A DNA stretch of 64,000 nt from Mobula hypostoma (Eukaryota): NCBI RefSeq assembly GCF_963921235.1, contig NC_086097.1:186560001-186624000 (forward strand), written 5' to 3'. Both the position numbers and the translations under genes were made by a program. The notes below the pieces were generated by a model. That model was not told the origin of the DNA and did no database searches. It saw nothing but the letters and a program-made list of their open reading frames with translations. Shown here piece after piece: positions 50,901 through 64,000 of the stretch. Numbering within the stretch: position 1 is the first letter of the stretch; every line of letters begins with the position of its first letter.

Positions 50901-51078
50901 TCACAAATGAGAAAAGGAAACAAAAATACAAGCAGAGTGAAGAAAATACCAACTGGCCCAAACATTTACTGTCAAAAAACTGATGTGTACACCAGGTCTA
51001 TAAAGACTTCAAAGCATATCATCCAACATCATGTGTTCTCATAACCATCTGGCTGGCACCAAGCTGGTATGAGAGGGG

Positions 51079-51752
51079 GCAGAAGTGAGTGTAGTTGCCG
51101 TCACTAAAGAGAAGGTGTTTGGGAAGATGAAAGGTCTGAAGTAGATAAATCACCTGGACCAAATGGACTATACCCCAGGGTTCTGAAAGATGTAGCTGAA
51201 GAGGTTGTAGAGGCATTATTAGTGATCTTTCCAGAATCACTAGATTCCAGAATGGTTCTGAACTTAGGAAGATCAGGAGAATGGGCAAAGAATTTGCAGT
51301 TGGAATGCAGTGTAGGAAATTGCAAAATGGTCATGCATTTTGGTAGAAGGAATAAAGGGGTAGACTATTTTATAAATGTATAGCAAATTCAGAAATCAGA
51401 GGTGCAAAGGGACTTGGGAGTCCTTGTGCAGGATTCCCGAACAAGTAATATGCAGGTTGACTCGGTAGCAAGAACGCAAATGGAATGTTAGCAATCATTT
51501 TGAGTGGACCAGAATATAAAAACAAGGATGTAATGCTGAGGCTTTATAAAGCATTGAGCAGACCACATGAGGCATTGTGAGCAGTTTTGGGCTCTTCATC
51601 TTAGAAAGGGTGTGCTGGTATCAGAGAATCCAGGGGAGGATCACGAGAATGATCCTGGGCTGATATGAAAGGTAAAATGGATCAGCCATGATGAAATGGC
51701 GGAGCAGACTCGATGGGCCAAATGGCCTAATTCTGATCCTATGTCTTATGGT
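51079..51752 (+). mobile_element. CR1 remnant with internal deletions
   Basis: Contains VDKSPGPNGLYPRVLK and QRDLGVLV, plus a CR1 3'UTR. Confidence 0.8.
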
Positions 51753-52923
51753 CTGACAAGGAATGGGCTATGGAAAATTTAATTTGGGTGTCATATGTAT
51801 ACATTGCCAAAAAATGTTGAGAGAAAATACATAGATAAACAGGCAGAGAATGTAATGGATCTTTGAAGAGTTCTTTGCTGTCTGACATCGTACATCAAGC
51901 ATATCAAAAGTAACGTTGACACATGAGATTAGCTGTCTCCCTGATTTACATTTGTACTTTTCAATCTCTAATCTGGTTTTCAATCCATTCTTATGGAATG
52001 AAAATCTTTTTTCCTATTTCTCTATTAGTTAAAGGAGTTCTCAGTAAAATGATTTTCAACAGTCTCAACATGCTTTCCAATGTTTGTAGCTCTGTGCCAC
52101 AAGACTTAAGTGATAACTAGTACTCACTCTGGCAGCAAATGAGTGAGAGATAAAGAAAAAGGAACCACCACCTGGGAGCAGGAGTGATGTGCTTGTAAAC
52201 TTGGGTATAAGGCACATATTTGGACAAATATAGAAAGTGGCAAGTTGGAAAAAAATGATAATGGCTCTAAACAGAAAGTAGACAATAATTCCCCCATGTT
52301 GTAAATGCTCCAATTCATTATAATCATATTTTTACAGAAATAATTTATTGTAATCATCAAACAGATGAGAATTCTCATACAGTGACTTGAATTCTTAATC
52401 TCAACAATATTTATCCTTCACTGCAGCTCAACCACAAGTATTGGGTCTAAATATGTAAATATGTGCCAAATGACATGAAGCCACTGAGAACCACATTTAC
52501 AATTCTAATACACACAAGTACTGAATAGGAAGAAAAAATGCTTAGTTGTGACTTTTCATGTTCAAAACTCTTATGCCAAATGTCTATTATCATTCAATAA
52601 TAAGGTCCACTACACTTGTACACATGCTTGTAAACCAGAATAATTTCCATAAGATAACCAAAACTAAATGTTAATATTAAATAATCTATTTTATGACAAA
52701 ATATGATACCTTAAAGAAGAGAAATGTAACAAATCAGTAGTTTGGGATAGCTGTACAACGTGCTTTGTTTGCAAGCAGAGAGGCTCAAATCCAACACATT
52801 TTATTGTAATAAATAAACAGAAAAACACAGCAGATCAGTTAGTATCTGAGGAAAGTAAATCATATGAGACCTGGGACCTTTCATCAGAATTAACAATGAG
52901 AGAAAAGATAGCAAAGAAGGTAG

Positions 52924-54382
52924 TGGAATGTTGCTCATGTTGTTCCATTGTTTAAAAAGGGTTCTAAGAGTAAACCTAGCAATTTTCAGCCTGTGAGTTT
53001 GACGCCAGTGGTGGGTAAATTGATGGAAAGTATTCTTAGAGATGCTATATATAATTATCTGGATAGACAGGGCTGATTAGGAATAGTCAACATGGATTTG
53101 TGCGTGGAAAGTCATGTTTGACAAATCTTATTGAATTTTTTGAAGAGGTTATTAGGAAAGTTGACGAGGGTAAAGCGGTGGATGTTGTCTATATGGACTT
53201 CAGTAAGGGTTTTGACAAGGTTCCACATGGAAGGTTGGTTAGGAAGGTTCAATCGTTAGGTATTAATATTGAAGTAGTAGAATGGATTCATCAGTGGCTG
53301 GATGGGAGACACCAGAGAGTAGTGGTGGATAACTGTTTGTCAGATTGGAGGCCAGTGACTAGTGGTGTGCCTCAGGGATCTGTACTGGGTCCAATGTTGT
53401 TTGTCATATATATTAATGATCTGGATGATGGGCTGGTGAATTGGATTAGTAAGTGTGCAGATGATACTAAGGTAGGTGGAGTTGTGGATAATGAAGTAAG
53501 TTTTCAAAGCTTGTAGAGAGATTTAGGTCAGTTGGAAGAGTGGGCTGAAAGATGGCAGATGGAGTTTAATGCTGATAAATGTGAGGTGCTATATTTTGGT
53601 AGGACTAATCAAAATAGGACATACGTGGTAAATGGTGGGGCATTGAAGAATGCAGTAGAACAGAGGGATCTAGGAATAATGGTGCATAGTTCCCTGAAGG
53701 TGGAATCTCATGTGGATAGGGTGGTGAAGAAAGCTTTTGGTATGCTGGCCTTTATAAATCAGAGCATTGAGTATAGGAGTTGGGATGTAGTGTTGAAATT
53801 GTACAAGGCATTGGTAAGGCCAAATTTGGAGTATTGTGTACAGTTCTGGTCATCGAATTATAGGAAAGATGTCAACAAAAGTGAGAGAGTACAGAGAAGA
53901 TTTACTAGAATGTAACCTGGATTTCAGCACCTAAGTTACAGAGAAAGGTTGAACAAGTTGGGTCTTTATTCTTTGGAGGGTGGAAGGTTGAGGGAGGACT
54001 TGATAGAGGTATTTAAAATTATGAGGGGGATAGATAGAGTTGACGTGGATAGGTTTTTACCATTGAGAGTAGGGGAGATTCAAACAGGAGGACATGAGTT
54101 GAGAGCTAAAGGGCAAAAGTTTAGGGGTAACATGAGGGGGAACTTCTTTACTCAGAGAGTGGTAGCTGTGTGGAACAAGCTTCCAGCAGAAGTGGTTGAG
54201 GCAGGTTCGATGTTGTCATTTAAAGTTAAATTGGATAGCTATATGGACAGGAAAGGAACAGAGGGTTATGGTCTGAGTGTAGGTCGGTGGGACTAGGTGA
54301 GAGTAAGAGTTCGGCACGGACTAGAAGGGCCAAGATGGCCTGTTTCCATGCTGTAATTGTTATATGATTATATGATTATATG
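52924..54382 (+). mobile_element. CR1 LINE, 5'-truncated (RT and 3' end)
   Basis: Contains [36 protein letters not shown] and ADDTK. The tail is (tatatgat)n. Confidence 0.94.
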
Positions 54383-55074
54383 GAGATGAAATGGTATTTC
54401 ATTTTTATTATAATTCAGTCAAATAGAGACTGAAATGGGTATCTTGTAAAAATTCATGAAATGGATGGCTGTCCATCAGAGACTGTCTCCATTGGTTTGA
54501 TGCAGAAAGCTTGCTGTCCTTTTCCTTCTGTTAGTTCATTTCTCAGGTTGCTGAGTGAATTATTCATTGACTACTGTCTTGGTGGGAGAGTCAATTTTGT
54601 GTGTGACGGGCACCAATTCCAGATAGTTAGAAGTACTTAAAACCAAGTCATAATTTTTAAACTGGAGATGCATTTTGCCTGCAGTAACTTTGGAGCTTCC
54701 TGTGATTTAAAACAAAACATGGAATTTTGGCACAATGCAGAAATGGACTCCAAAGAAATTGTGTGTCCAGACAGGTGAAGTTTAAATTATAAGAGATATC
54801 TCACACTTGCAGGAACTGAGAGACCATGGTACACTGAAAAAGCAGTGAGATGTGAGACTTGATGGAGTCAATCCCCAAGATGAGGCTTGCGGGCTGAAAT
54901 GCAAATTCAGAAAAACGTTAATCTACATATTCAAGGTCAGTGAATGCATCTTCATTTGTCATATCCTCTCACCACCCATTTCAGAAATTACTCAACCAAG
55001 CCCAGTGCAACCACCCCCCTCTCCCATCCACCCACCAACAATATACAGTATCAGTCAGGACATGTACAGTATCA

Positions 55075-56160
55075 GTCTAACATTCATGCTCTCCTGCATC
55101 CTCAGACACCTAACATTGCTGACTGTTGACTTCAGGAGGAGGAAAGCAGAGATCCATGAGCCAATCACAAACAAGAGAAAATCTGCAGAAAGTTTGCAGA
55201 AATGTTGCTGGAAGTCCTAGCAACACACACAAAATGCTGGAGTAACTCAGCAGGCCAGGCAGCATCTATGGAAAAGAGTACAGTCAGCACTTCAGGCCAA
55301 GACCATTCGGCAGGACATTTTTCTGCAGTCTTGCCGAAGAGTTTCAGCCCAAAACGACGACTGTATCCTTTTGCATAGAAGTCGCCTGGCCTGCTGAGTT
55401 CCTGCAGCACTCTGTGTGTGTTGCTCGGTGAGCCAGTACTCATTGGAGGATCAGAGTTGGAGTGGGTCAACAACTTCAAATTCCTTTGGTGTTATCATTT
55501 CAGAGGACCTGGCCTGGGCCCAGCACATAAGTGCTGATATGAAGAAGGCATGGCAGCGCATCTACTTCCTTAGGAGCTTGCGAGGATGTGGCATGACATC
55601 TAAAACTTTGACAAACTTCTACAGATGTGTGGTGAAGAGTATACTGACTGGCTGCATCACAGTCTGACATGGAAACACCAATGTCCTTAAATGGAAAATC
55701 CTACAAAAAGTAGTGGATACGGCCTAGTCCTTCACAGGTAAAGCCTTCCACACCATTGAGCACATCTATGCACAAGAAAGCAGCATCTATCATCAGGGCC
55801 CCACCACCCCAGGTCATGCTGTGTTCTCGCTGCTACCATCAGGAAGAAGTTACAGGAGCCTCAGGACTCCAGGTTCAGCCATATTGAGGCACTTGGACCA
55901 AAGAGGATAACTTCACTCAGCTTCACTGGCCCCCATCCCTTGTTTCGATACTTATTGCTTATTTATTTATTATTATCATTATTATTTCTTCTTTCTTTTT
56001 CTGTTTGCACAATTTGTTGCCTTTTGCACACTGGTTTCATACCTAGTTGGTGCAGTCTTTCATTGATTCTACTATGGTTATTGAATTTATTGAGCATGTC
56101 TGCAAGAAAATGAATGATGACATTTATTAACTTCAATAATAAATTTACTTTGAACTTCAA
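55075..56160 (+). mobile_element. Rex1/Babar-type LINE 3' part
   Basis: Translates GVIISEDLAWAQHI..KKAWQRIYFLRSL..NFYRCVVKSILTGCITV. The tail is aataaatttactttgaactt. Confidence 0.8.
55167..55428. mobile_element. Older fold-back mini Penelope-like element
   Basis: Inverted arms with an imperfect tgagcca(a/g)t duplication. Both hammerhead cores are mutated. Confidence 0.75.
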
Positions 56161-56559
56161 CCATCACACCAATTTTTCAAACTTGCCCACACAACAATAA
56201 TACAATTCAAACATGAATAATGTAATTTTGAACAGTGGCAAAGTAGAGATCAGGGGCAAGAGAAGAAGTGACTCACTCAGGTTGGTGAGTGGGTATTAAA
56301 AAGCAGTTCTTTACAGGAGTTTCAGCATTAGAACAGTGGCCAATCAGGGATGGGGATTCATTAGCACATGCAAATTAAAATAAGGCAAGGGCAAGTGAAG
56401 CGGCCTTTGTTGAAGTAGCTATTGTTGGAGTGGACAGTGATAGAGTGGGGATTTTGAAGCTTGAACTCTTTGAGGCTTCAGTAAGAAGTGGCTTGAGTAA
56501 GAGGAGGCAAAAAGCTATAGTTTATTTACTATTTCCTTCCTTATATAGTTATAACAGTA

Positions 56560-59510
56560 GGGATACCATGCAAGATACTCGAATGCTCATCTTGCAGGAC
56601 ATGAGTAGGCAGGGAGACCTCCAGTGTCCCTGACGACTGCACCTGCAGCCTCTAGCACTACACATTAAGGAGTAAGAGCTGGATGAACTCAGGATCATTC
56701 AGGAAGCTAAGGGGGTGATAAACAGCAAGTTAAGGTGAGGCACATCAGGATGGGCAAATCCGCAGGGCCTAATAAGGTGTTCCCTTGGACCTTGTGGGAG
56801 GCAAGTGCAGAAATTGCAGTGGCCCTTGCAGCGATATTTAAATCATCCTTAGCAACAGGTGGTTTACCGGAGGATTGGAGGATTGCTAATGTTGTTCTGC
56901 TGTTTAAGAAAGGCTCCAAGAATAAACCAGGAAATTATAGGTCAGTGAGTCTGAGATCAGTAGTGGGAAAGTTATTGGAAGGTATTCTAAGAGACCGTAA
57001 ATATGAGTATTTGGATAGACAGGGATTGATTACGGATTGTCAGCATGGCATTGTGCATGGTAGGTCGTGTCTAACCAATCTCACAGAGTTTTTCGAGGAT
57101 GTTACCAGGAAAGATGATGAAGGCAATACAGTGGCTATTGTTTACATGGACTTCAGCAAGGCATTTAACAATGTCCTGCATGGGGAAAGTTCAGTCGCTT
57201 GGCATTGAGATGAAGTAGCAAATTGGATTAGACATTGGCTTTGTGGGAGAAGCCACAGAGTTTTAGTGGATGCCTCTCTGACTCGAGGTCTGTGAATATT
57301 GGAGTGCCACCCTGTTTGGTGTTGGGTCCATTGTTGTTTGTCATCTACAGTATATAAACAAACTAGATGATAATTTGTTTAACTAGTTCAGCAAATTTGT
57401 GGATGACTCCAAGAGAGTCGTGAAGACCCTAGAGGGGCTGGTCCTGGCTCACCTTTGACCCCTGGTCAGATCAGCCGTCGAACCCCTGCAGTTTGCCTAC
57501 CAGGAGCACACTGATGCTGTCATCTATCTGCTGAACAGAGCCTACTCCCATTTGGATAAGTGGGGTAGCTCTGTAAAGATCATGTTTTTTGATTTCTCAA
57601 GTGCCTTCAATACTGTACAACCCTCGTTGCTGGGGGAAAATCTCTGTTCAATGCAGATTGGCACTCTGTGTGCCAGACATGACTATAAGCAGTACTGGGG
57701 CCCTACCAGGGCTCTATTGGCTCCCTTACTGTTTGCCCTGTGTACCTCGGACTTAAGATCCAACAGTGAGTCATGTCATCTGCAGAAACTCTCTGATGTC
57801 TCAGCAATAGTTGTGTGTCTAAAGGTAGGAGGGAGGATGAATACAGGGCCCTGGTGAAGGACTTTGTCAAGTGGTGCAAGCCGAATCATCTTCACCTCAA
57901 CATCAGTAAGACAAAGGAGATGGTGATGGACTTTAGGAAGACTAAGCCTGCAGTGCTCCCTGTTACCGTTGATGGCGAGGACATGGATGCGGTGATGACC
58001 TACAAGTACCTGGGAGTGCACATGGTTGACAGACTTGAGTGGAGCACCAACACAGAGGCTGTGTACAAGAAGAGCCAGAGTCACCTCTGCTTCCTGAGGA
58101 GGTCCTTTGGAGTATGCAGGCCTCTCCTTCACATGTTCAACAAGTCTGTTGTTGCCAATACCATCTTCTATGTGGTTCTGTGCTGGGGCAGTGGCATCAA
58201 TACAGGTGATGCCAACTGGCTCAATAAACTGATTAGAAAAGTTGTCTCTGTTATAGGAGTTAAACTGGACACACTACAGGCTGTGGTAGAACAAGAGACT
58301 CTATAGAGAATCCTGGCAATTCTGGACGATATTTCTCACTCTCTGCATGCCACCTTGGCTGAACAGAGGAGCACATTTAGTAATCGACTAAGACAACCGT
58401 GCTGCTCCAAAGAGTGCTATATGAGGTCATTCTTACCCTCAGCCATTAGGCTCTATAGTGAGTCAACCTATAGCCAGGGAAGTGATGGCCACTCCTGTTA
58501 AACTGGTTTTGGTAACTTGTTTTTTTGTTCTTTCTACTTCTCTTCTAATATTTATATCTGTGCACTTGTATTGCTACTGTGACACTGTAATTTCCTTTGG
58601 GATCAATAAAGATTGGGTGTGTACTGGAGAGTGAGGAAGACAATCAAAGCTTATAATGGAATCTAGATCAGCTGGAAAATGGGTTAAAATAGCAGATGGA
58701 ATTTAATGCAGACAAGTGTGTGGTGTTGCATTTCAGGAGGAACAACCAAAGTAGGTATTACACCGTGAGCAGAAGGACAATGAGGAATACAGTTGAACAA
58801 AGGGATCTGGGAATACTGGTCAATAACTCATTGAAAGTTGTGTCACAGCTAGATAGGGTTGTTAAGAAAGCTTTTGTCATATTAGCCTTCATAGATCAAA
58901 GTATTGAGAAAAGGAGATGAAATACTATGTTGAGGTTGTATAAGACATTGGTGAAGCCTTATTGAGAGTATTGTGTGCAGTTTTGGTCACCAGCCTACAG
59001 GAAAGATGTAAATAAGATTGAAAGAGTAGAAAGAAAATTCACAAGGATGTTGCCAGTACTGGAGGCTCTGAGTTATAAGGAAAGATTGAACAGGTTAGAA
59101 ATTTCTTCCCTGGAATGTAAAAGATTGAGTGGAGATTTGATAGTGGTTCACAAAATTATGAGGGGTATGCATAGGGTAAATGAAAACAGGCATTTTCCAC
59201 TGTGGTTGGGTGAGACTACAACTAGAGGTCATGAGTTAAGGGTGAAAGGTCAAATGTTTAAGGGGAACATGAAGGGAAACTTCTTCGCTAAGAGGATGGT
59301 GAGAGTTTTGAATGAAATTCCAGTGTAAGTGGTGCATGCGAGCTCAACTTCAACATTTAGAAGACGTTTGGATAGGTACATAGATGGATGAGGTATGGAG
59401 GGCTATGGTTCAAGGCAAGTCAATGGACTTGGCAGTTTAAATGTTTTTACACAGACTGGATGGGCTGAAGGACTTGTTTCTGTGCTGTAGTTTTCTATGA
59501 CTCTATGACC
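56560..59510 (+). mobile_element. Internally deleted CR1 (ORF1 Cys-rich start joined to RT), interrupted by Rex1 at 57413-58610
   Basis: ECSSCR..ETSSVPDDCTC is followed by KSAGPNKVFP..PEDWRIANV. KFVDDSK | IG continues across the insert. The tail is (ctatga)n. Confidence 0.82.
57413..58610 (+). mobile_element. Rex1/Babar-type LINE 3' half
   Basis: Contains PLQFAYQ, IMFFDFSSAFNTVQP, LNISKTKEMVMDFRK and YKYLGVH. Ends gggatcaataaa. Confidence 0.85.
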
Positions 59511-59869
59511 CTAAGTTCCTTCACCGTCCTTCAGGAAGGTGAACCCACGAAAAACATCTGGCCTAGAAGGGTACCTGGCCAAATACTAAAAACCTGTTCT
59601 GATCAACTGACTGGAGTGTCCATGAGATTTTTAATCTCTCACTTTGGCAGTCTGAGGTGCCCACCTGCTTCAAGTAGGCTTCAATTATACCAGTACCTAA
59701 AAAGAACGTGGTAACATGCCTTAATGACTTCCTCCAGTAGCACTTACATCCACAGTGATGAAATGTTTTGAGAGGTTAGTGTTGAAACATATCAAATCCT
59801 GCGTGGAAGCAACTTGGATCAGCTCTAATTTGCCTACTGGCACAACAGGCCCACAACAGAAGCCATCTC

Positions 59870-60994
59870 TAGCATGGTCCAGTCTGTGAAGTCCGTATTC
59901 CGGTTCACGGTCCGGTCCGTGTACTCTGGACTCTGGGTCTTCCGGCTCTCCCTTGTTTCATTTGGGCTTAATCATAGGCACCTGATGCTCGTCTTGAGGC
60001 TGGGAATATAAGTGGCCCTGGGATTGAGTGTGGTTGCTGGTTTGTCTTGTCAGTATCCCCTTGGAGCACCCTGCTGGTGGAAGGCTAGAGCAGCCATTTG
60101 TGATCTCTAAGCCTGGTTGGAGGACCACAGCTTCATGGAGCCTTGTTGTCTCTAGTTGGAGCAGTCATTGTGGTATGGATTTGGCTGTTTCTAGGGCCAG
60201 CTGAGTGGCCATCTGCCACTCTGAGCTGGATATGGATTCGGCTGTTTCTGTAGCCAGCCAAGGTTGCTAGCCACCCCAAGACTCAGAGCTACCCTGGATT
60301 GAGCTCCTTTCCTATTCTTGCCTCCATGGGGTAAGTCAGGATGTCTTTGCTGTTACCCTGAGGCTGGTCTGTTTCCTTTCCCTCTCCATCTGAATCCCTG
60401 ACAGTTTCCTCTGTAGTTTACCTTGGCAGTCATTCTGGTCCCGCAACCTAGTATGCATCCTGGCCAGGTGTCCAAGAAGGGGGCCTGGCCCTGCGTTCTA
60501 AGAAGGAGAACCTCGTTGTGCCCAGGAAAGCTTCAAAGAATCCAAGCCTCGTCCAGTCCTGTAGCCAGGCCTCGAAGAACCTAAGCCTTGCCTAGTCCTG
60601 TAGCCAGGCCTTGAGGACCCGAGCCTCGCCGGGTCCTGTAGCCAGACCTCGAAGAACCCAAGCCTTGCCTAGTCCTGTAGCCAGGCCTCGAAGGACCCGA
60701 GCCTCGCCGGGTCCTGTAACTCAGGCCTCAAAGGACATAGCCACATCATGTCCTAGCCTACTTCCGGGGTCTGAGCCCAAGTCAAGACCCAGGTTCTGGG
60801 TCCTTGTCCCGTCTCTGGCTCAGAGTCCAAACCCAGGCTCCTAGTTCTCAGTTCCTTGTCCTGGTCCTGTTTTCCTAGCCAAAGTCCTAGCCCAAGTCTG
60901 TGTTCCCATCCCTAACTCTAGTTCAGTCCAGTTCTCAGTACTTCAGTGTCTGTGTCTTGCATTTGGGTCCGCCCTCAACGCCCACCGTATGATA
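59870..60994 (+). mobile_element. Solo LTR-like insert containing a 39-bp minisatellite
   Basis: Interrupts Rex1 at gccatctc|ctcattg. A TATA-like motif lies near 60004, and the 3' end ..gcatttgggtcc..tgata is typical of fish Gypsy LTRs. Confidence 0.65.
60536..60736 (+). repeat. 39-bp tandem repeat, ~5 units
   Basis: Unit aag(a/g)accc(a/g)agcct(t/c)gcc(ta/gg)gtcctgtagccaggcctcg. Confidence 0.9.
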
Positions 60995-63900
60995 CTCATT
61001 GTTTCTTCATTCAAGTCTGGAACATCTGGACAGCTAGGAAGCAAACATCAGGATGCTCTTTATTGAATACAGCTTGGTATTCAATACCATTATCCCCTCA
61101 CAACTAATCAATAAGTTTCAAGACATTGGCCTCAATAAATCCTTGTGCAATTGGATCCTCGATTTCCTCACTTGCAGACTTCAGTCAGTTTAGATTGGCA
61201 ACAAAATTTCCTCCACAATCTCCATCCACATATGTGCTCCATAAGGCTGTGTGCTTAGCCCCCTGTTAAACTTGCATTTACCCCTCAACCAACAGGCTCT
61301 TGAACAAAAGGGGATAAATTCACTTAACTTCACTTGCCCCATCACTGACATATTCCCACAAGTTATAGACTCACTTTCAAGGACTCATCATCTCATGTTC
61401 TCAATATTATTGTTTATTTTATTATTAGTAGTAGTATTGGTTCTTTGTTCTTTTTGTACCTGCAGTTTGTTGTCTTTTGCACACTGCGTGTGTGTCCAGT
61501 TGCTAAAAACCATAATGGAATCAATGGACATCAGATTCACTAAGTATGCCCACAAAAAAAAGTTCAAGGTTGTAAATGTGACATGTATGTACCTTGATAA
61601 TAAATTTAATTTGAACTTTTAACACTTAACAGTTCATATGCAATTGGCCTCCTTCAAAAACAGGGGAATTTTCATCGGTTCCAGGATGCTGACAGTTGAG
61701 CCAAATGCTGGTACATGCCATTTTAAACAATTGATGACAAGTGACAGGATGTTACAAATGCAGCTTTCTATCTCAGCACTGGAAGAGATTCAACCATAAA
61801 ATCAACCCATAGTGATGACTACAATTATGGTCCTTCCTTGTTCTAAATTTGCAGTTCTGCCTCTTGCATGGACATGGGCATTCTTACCCAAGCATAGATT
61901 TATCAAATGTTTCTCCTCCAAAGATCTCTGAGAACCCAAGTTAGAAATAATCTTCTGCTGAGAGTGTTTTTCCCTATGTTACTTTTTGGCACCTAGACCT
62001 TTATTGTTTCTCAACAATTTCAAAAATGTAGAGCTTAATTCGATGTTTTATATCATTAAAGTCTTCTATTGTTCATAATTATAAGAACCACAAGTGTGCA
62101 TTGTATAGCTGCAAATTGGTAAGTTTAAATAAAATAAATCTCTGTGCAAACTCACTTGGGTATATCTTCAGATTTCTGCTCTAGCTGCTAATTCATAAAA
62201 GTTCTCGCGTGATCACGTGAAAAGTAGTTTTGCACCAAACCACAGGTAGGCACAATCGGTTATTGATATAATCTTCTCTCGGTGAGGCTTCATTACGTAT
62301 TGAACTGAGATCGGGATGCATTACTTGCATATAGTGTACACTTCCTGCTCTAACTGTTCGCATGTGTGCAGTACATTGGTAGCGTTGGTCTTGTTTCCCA
62401 TTCATTGAGGCGTTGATAAGCGACCAAGTCTTTAATACAGCATGATAGTTCTTCCCTAATTAATTTCCTTACTATTCCTGCTTTATGCTCTTATAATCGA
62501 ACTAAGAAAAAATAATCCGCGTATATTTAATTAAATTAATGGAATTAATGGAAATAAATTTTGAAAATGCAGAATTTTCTGTGGTACTGGATCACACCTA
62601 AAATCTTAAAGTGGTTTCTGCTAATAGCGGCAACTTCAGGTTAAAATCCATTTACTTTACACAGTAATACGCTTTAGAAGTTATGCATCCAGATTATGTG
62701 TCATTGAACCTAAATTTTAGGAAGGTATTTAATATTTAACAGAAATCTGTTCTACAAAAGCATTTGGGTGAGGTTCATTTATCTTAGTTTAGGATCTTCT
62801 AGTAAAATCTTATGCTTTGCAATGTAGTACGATTGTTCAGTTTTTTTTTCTTTTGCCTATTATTTCTTAACTTGAGCAAACCTCATTTTCAACAGTCAAA
62901 GTTAAATTTGAAGTCTCATATATTAATTTACCATTGTCACCAAGACCAGAAGGGTCGTTTAATATTCTCTTAAAGAATTTTGTAGTATCTAATCAGCAGC
63001 CTTTGGAAAAGCTTGTTTCATTCAATGGTACCGTCTCCTTGCTTTTATTTTTGCCCTGAAATATACAGAATCCGGCAAATGTACCAATAATAATAAAATA
63101 ATCCTAGCATGTAAAATAGTGCTGTTATTCAACTTTTCTTTGCAAATGACACTCCAACACCGTAACATTAATGAATTTGAAAGTATATTTTGATATATAG
63201 CATTTAAATCTAGTGACTCTGACATTATTTCATGCCTATTGGAACAGATCCCGTTGCACAATGAAATGTTTGCACCATAGACATAGCAACATCCGTCACT
63301 GCAGGTGGGCTCCAGCCTTTCCCACGATGCCATGTATTGCGATCCATGCTTCACCCCGTGAGGAATTTGGGCGCCCAGACCATATATTGTTTCTCCGCTC
63401 GTTTTGGTTTATAATCAATGAATTATTGACAGTGATTGCCGTTAGAATCAAATTGATCCTATGTTCAAGTGATAAAGGTATCCTTACAGCCAGGATTACG
63501 GCTCCAAGTTGCATGAGACAAAAATATTCCGATTTTTAATATTCGACATACCAAATAATATTCGGTATATGAGTGATGTCAATGCCAGAGGAGGGACTTA
63601 CAAGTTTCACATTAAATAAGGGTAACAACTCCAACCACACTACAAAACGATTTCATATCACATACTGTCGGCATTTTTCTCCAATATTTTCTTGAATGTC
63701 CTTCTTTCCTGCAAAATTACTTTGGGGTTTTCTCGCCCTCACAACGAGCTATATTACATGTGTGGGCGTATACTTTAGTAACGTTTCAAAGACTAATAGC
63801 CCACATTTCTTATTCAGGATACATATCGCTGCTGGATCGACGTGGCGATTTACATGGATTTGTATTTGTTTCAAACAACACCTATTAAAACACATTGGGT

Positions 63901-64000
63901 TGGAAATATTTCGATGTAGTTGCTGCAAATTGAAAGTTGACGTGGATTTTGGTCACGAGCACTTACTTAAGGGTACGTTTGACAATTTATTCAAAAATAT

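Larger units (their letters stand above)
59520..61620 (+). mobile_element. Rex1/Babar-type remnant interrupted by a solo LTR
   Basis: Contains ALTSTVMKCFERLVL, LEHLD and [11 protein letters not shown]. The tail is aataaatttaatttgaactt. Confidence 0.78.

Noticed and set aside
60536..60736. Regularly spaced repeats resembling a CRISPR array
   Set aside because: The units are contiguous with no unique spacers, there are no cas genes, and the context is a eukaryotic LTR.
63022..63539. Overlapping ORFs of 72-110 aa, first suspected to be a GPCR or other host exon
   Set aside because: Manual translation of both strands shows frequent stops and no recognisable domain. A possible AG..GT exon at ~63248-63304 lacks a polypyrimidine tract.

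Overview
This is a eukaryotic, repeat-dense, apparently intergenic or intronic window with no host protein-coding gene that I can support. The repeat families (CR1, Rex1/Babar, L1, RTE, Penelope-like elements, V-domain tRNA SINEs, Tc1/mariner, hAT, Gypsy LTR) are typical of a cartilaginous fish, probably a ray; that taxonomic call is inference. The first 14 kb is a five-level nest: Tc1 > CR1 > Gmr1-type Gypsy (PR-IN-RT order, tRNA-Pro PBS) > L1 > Penelope-derived fold-back inserts. There are four main points of interest. (1) A family of short, TSD-flanked, fold-back Penelope derivatives carries minimal hammerhead ribozymes, and in each copy only one arm has the terminal tail. (2) Three decayed, mutually homologous segments (42.0-44.0 kb and 48.2-49.3 kb) hold fragments resembling a parvoviral NS1/SF3 helicase, a candidate endogenous viral element. 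(3) An HDV-like ribozyme fold sits at the 5' end of an RTE remnant. (4) Two repeat-free, CpG-retaining islands (20.3-21.2 kb and 62.2-64 kb) may be regulatory. All calls come from reading the sequence by eye, and boundaries of old repeats are approximate.
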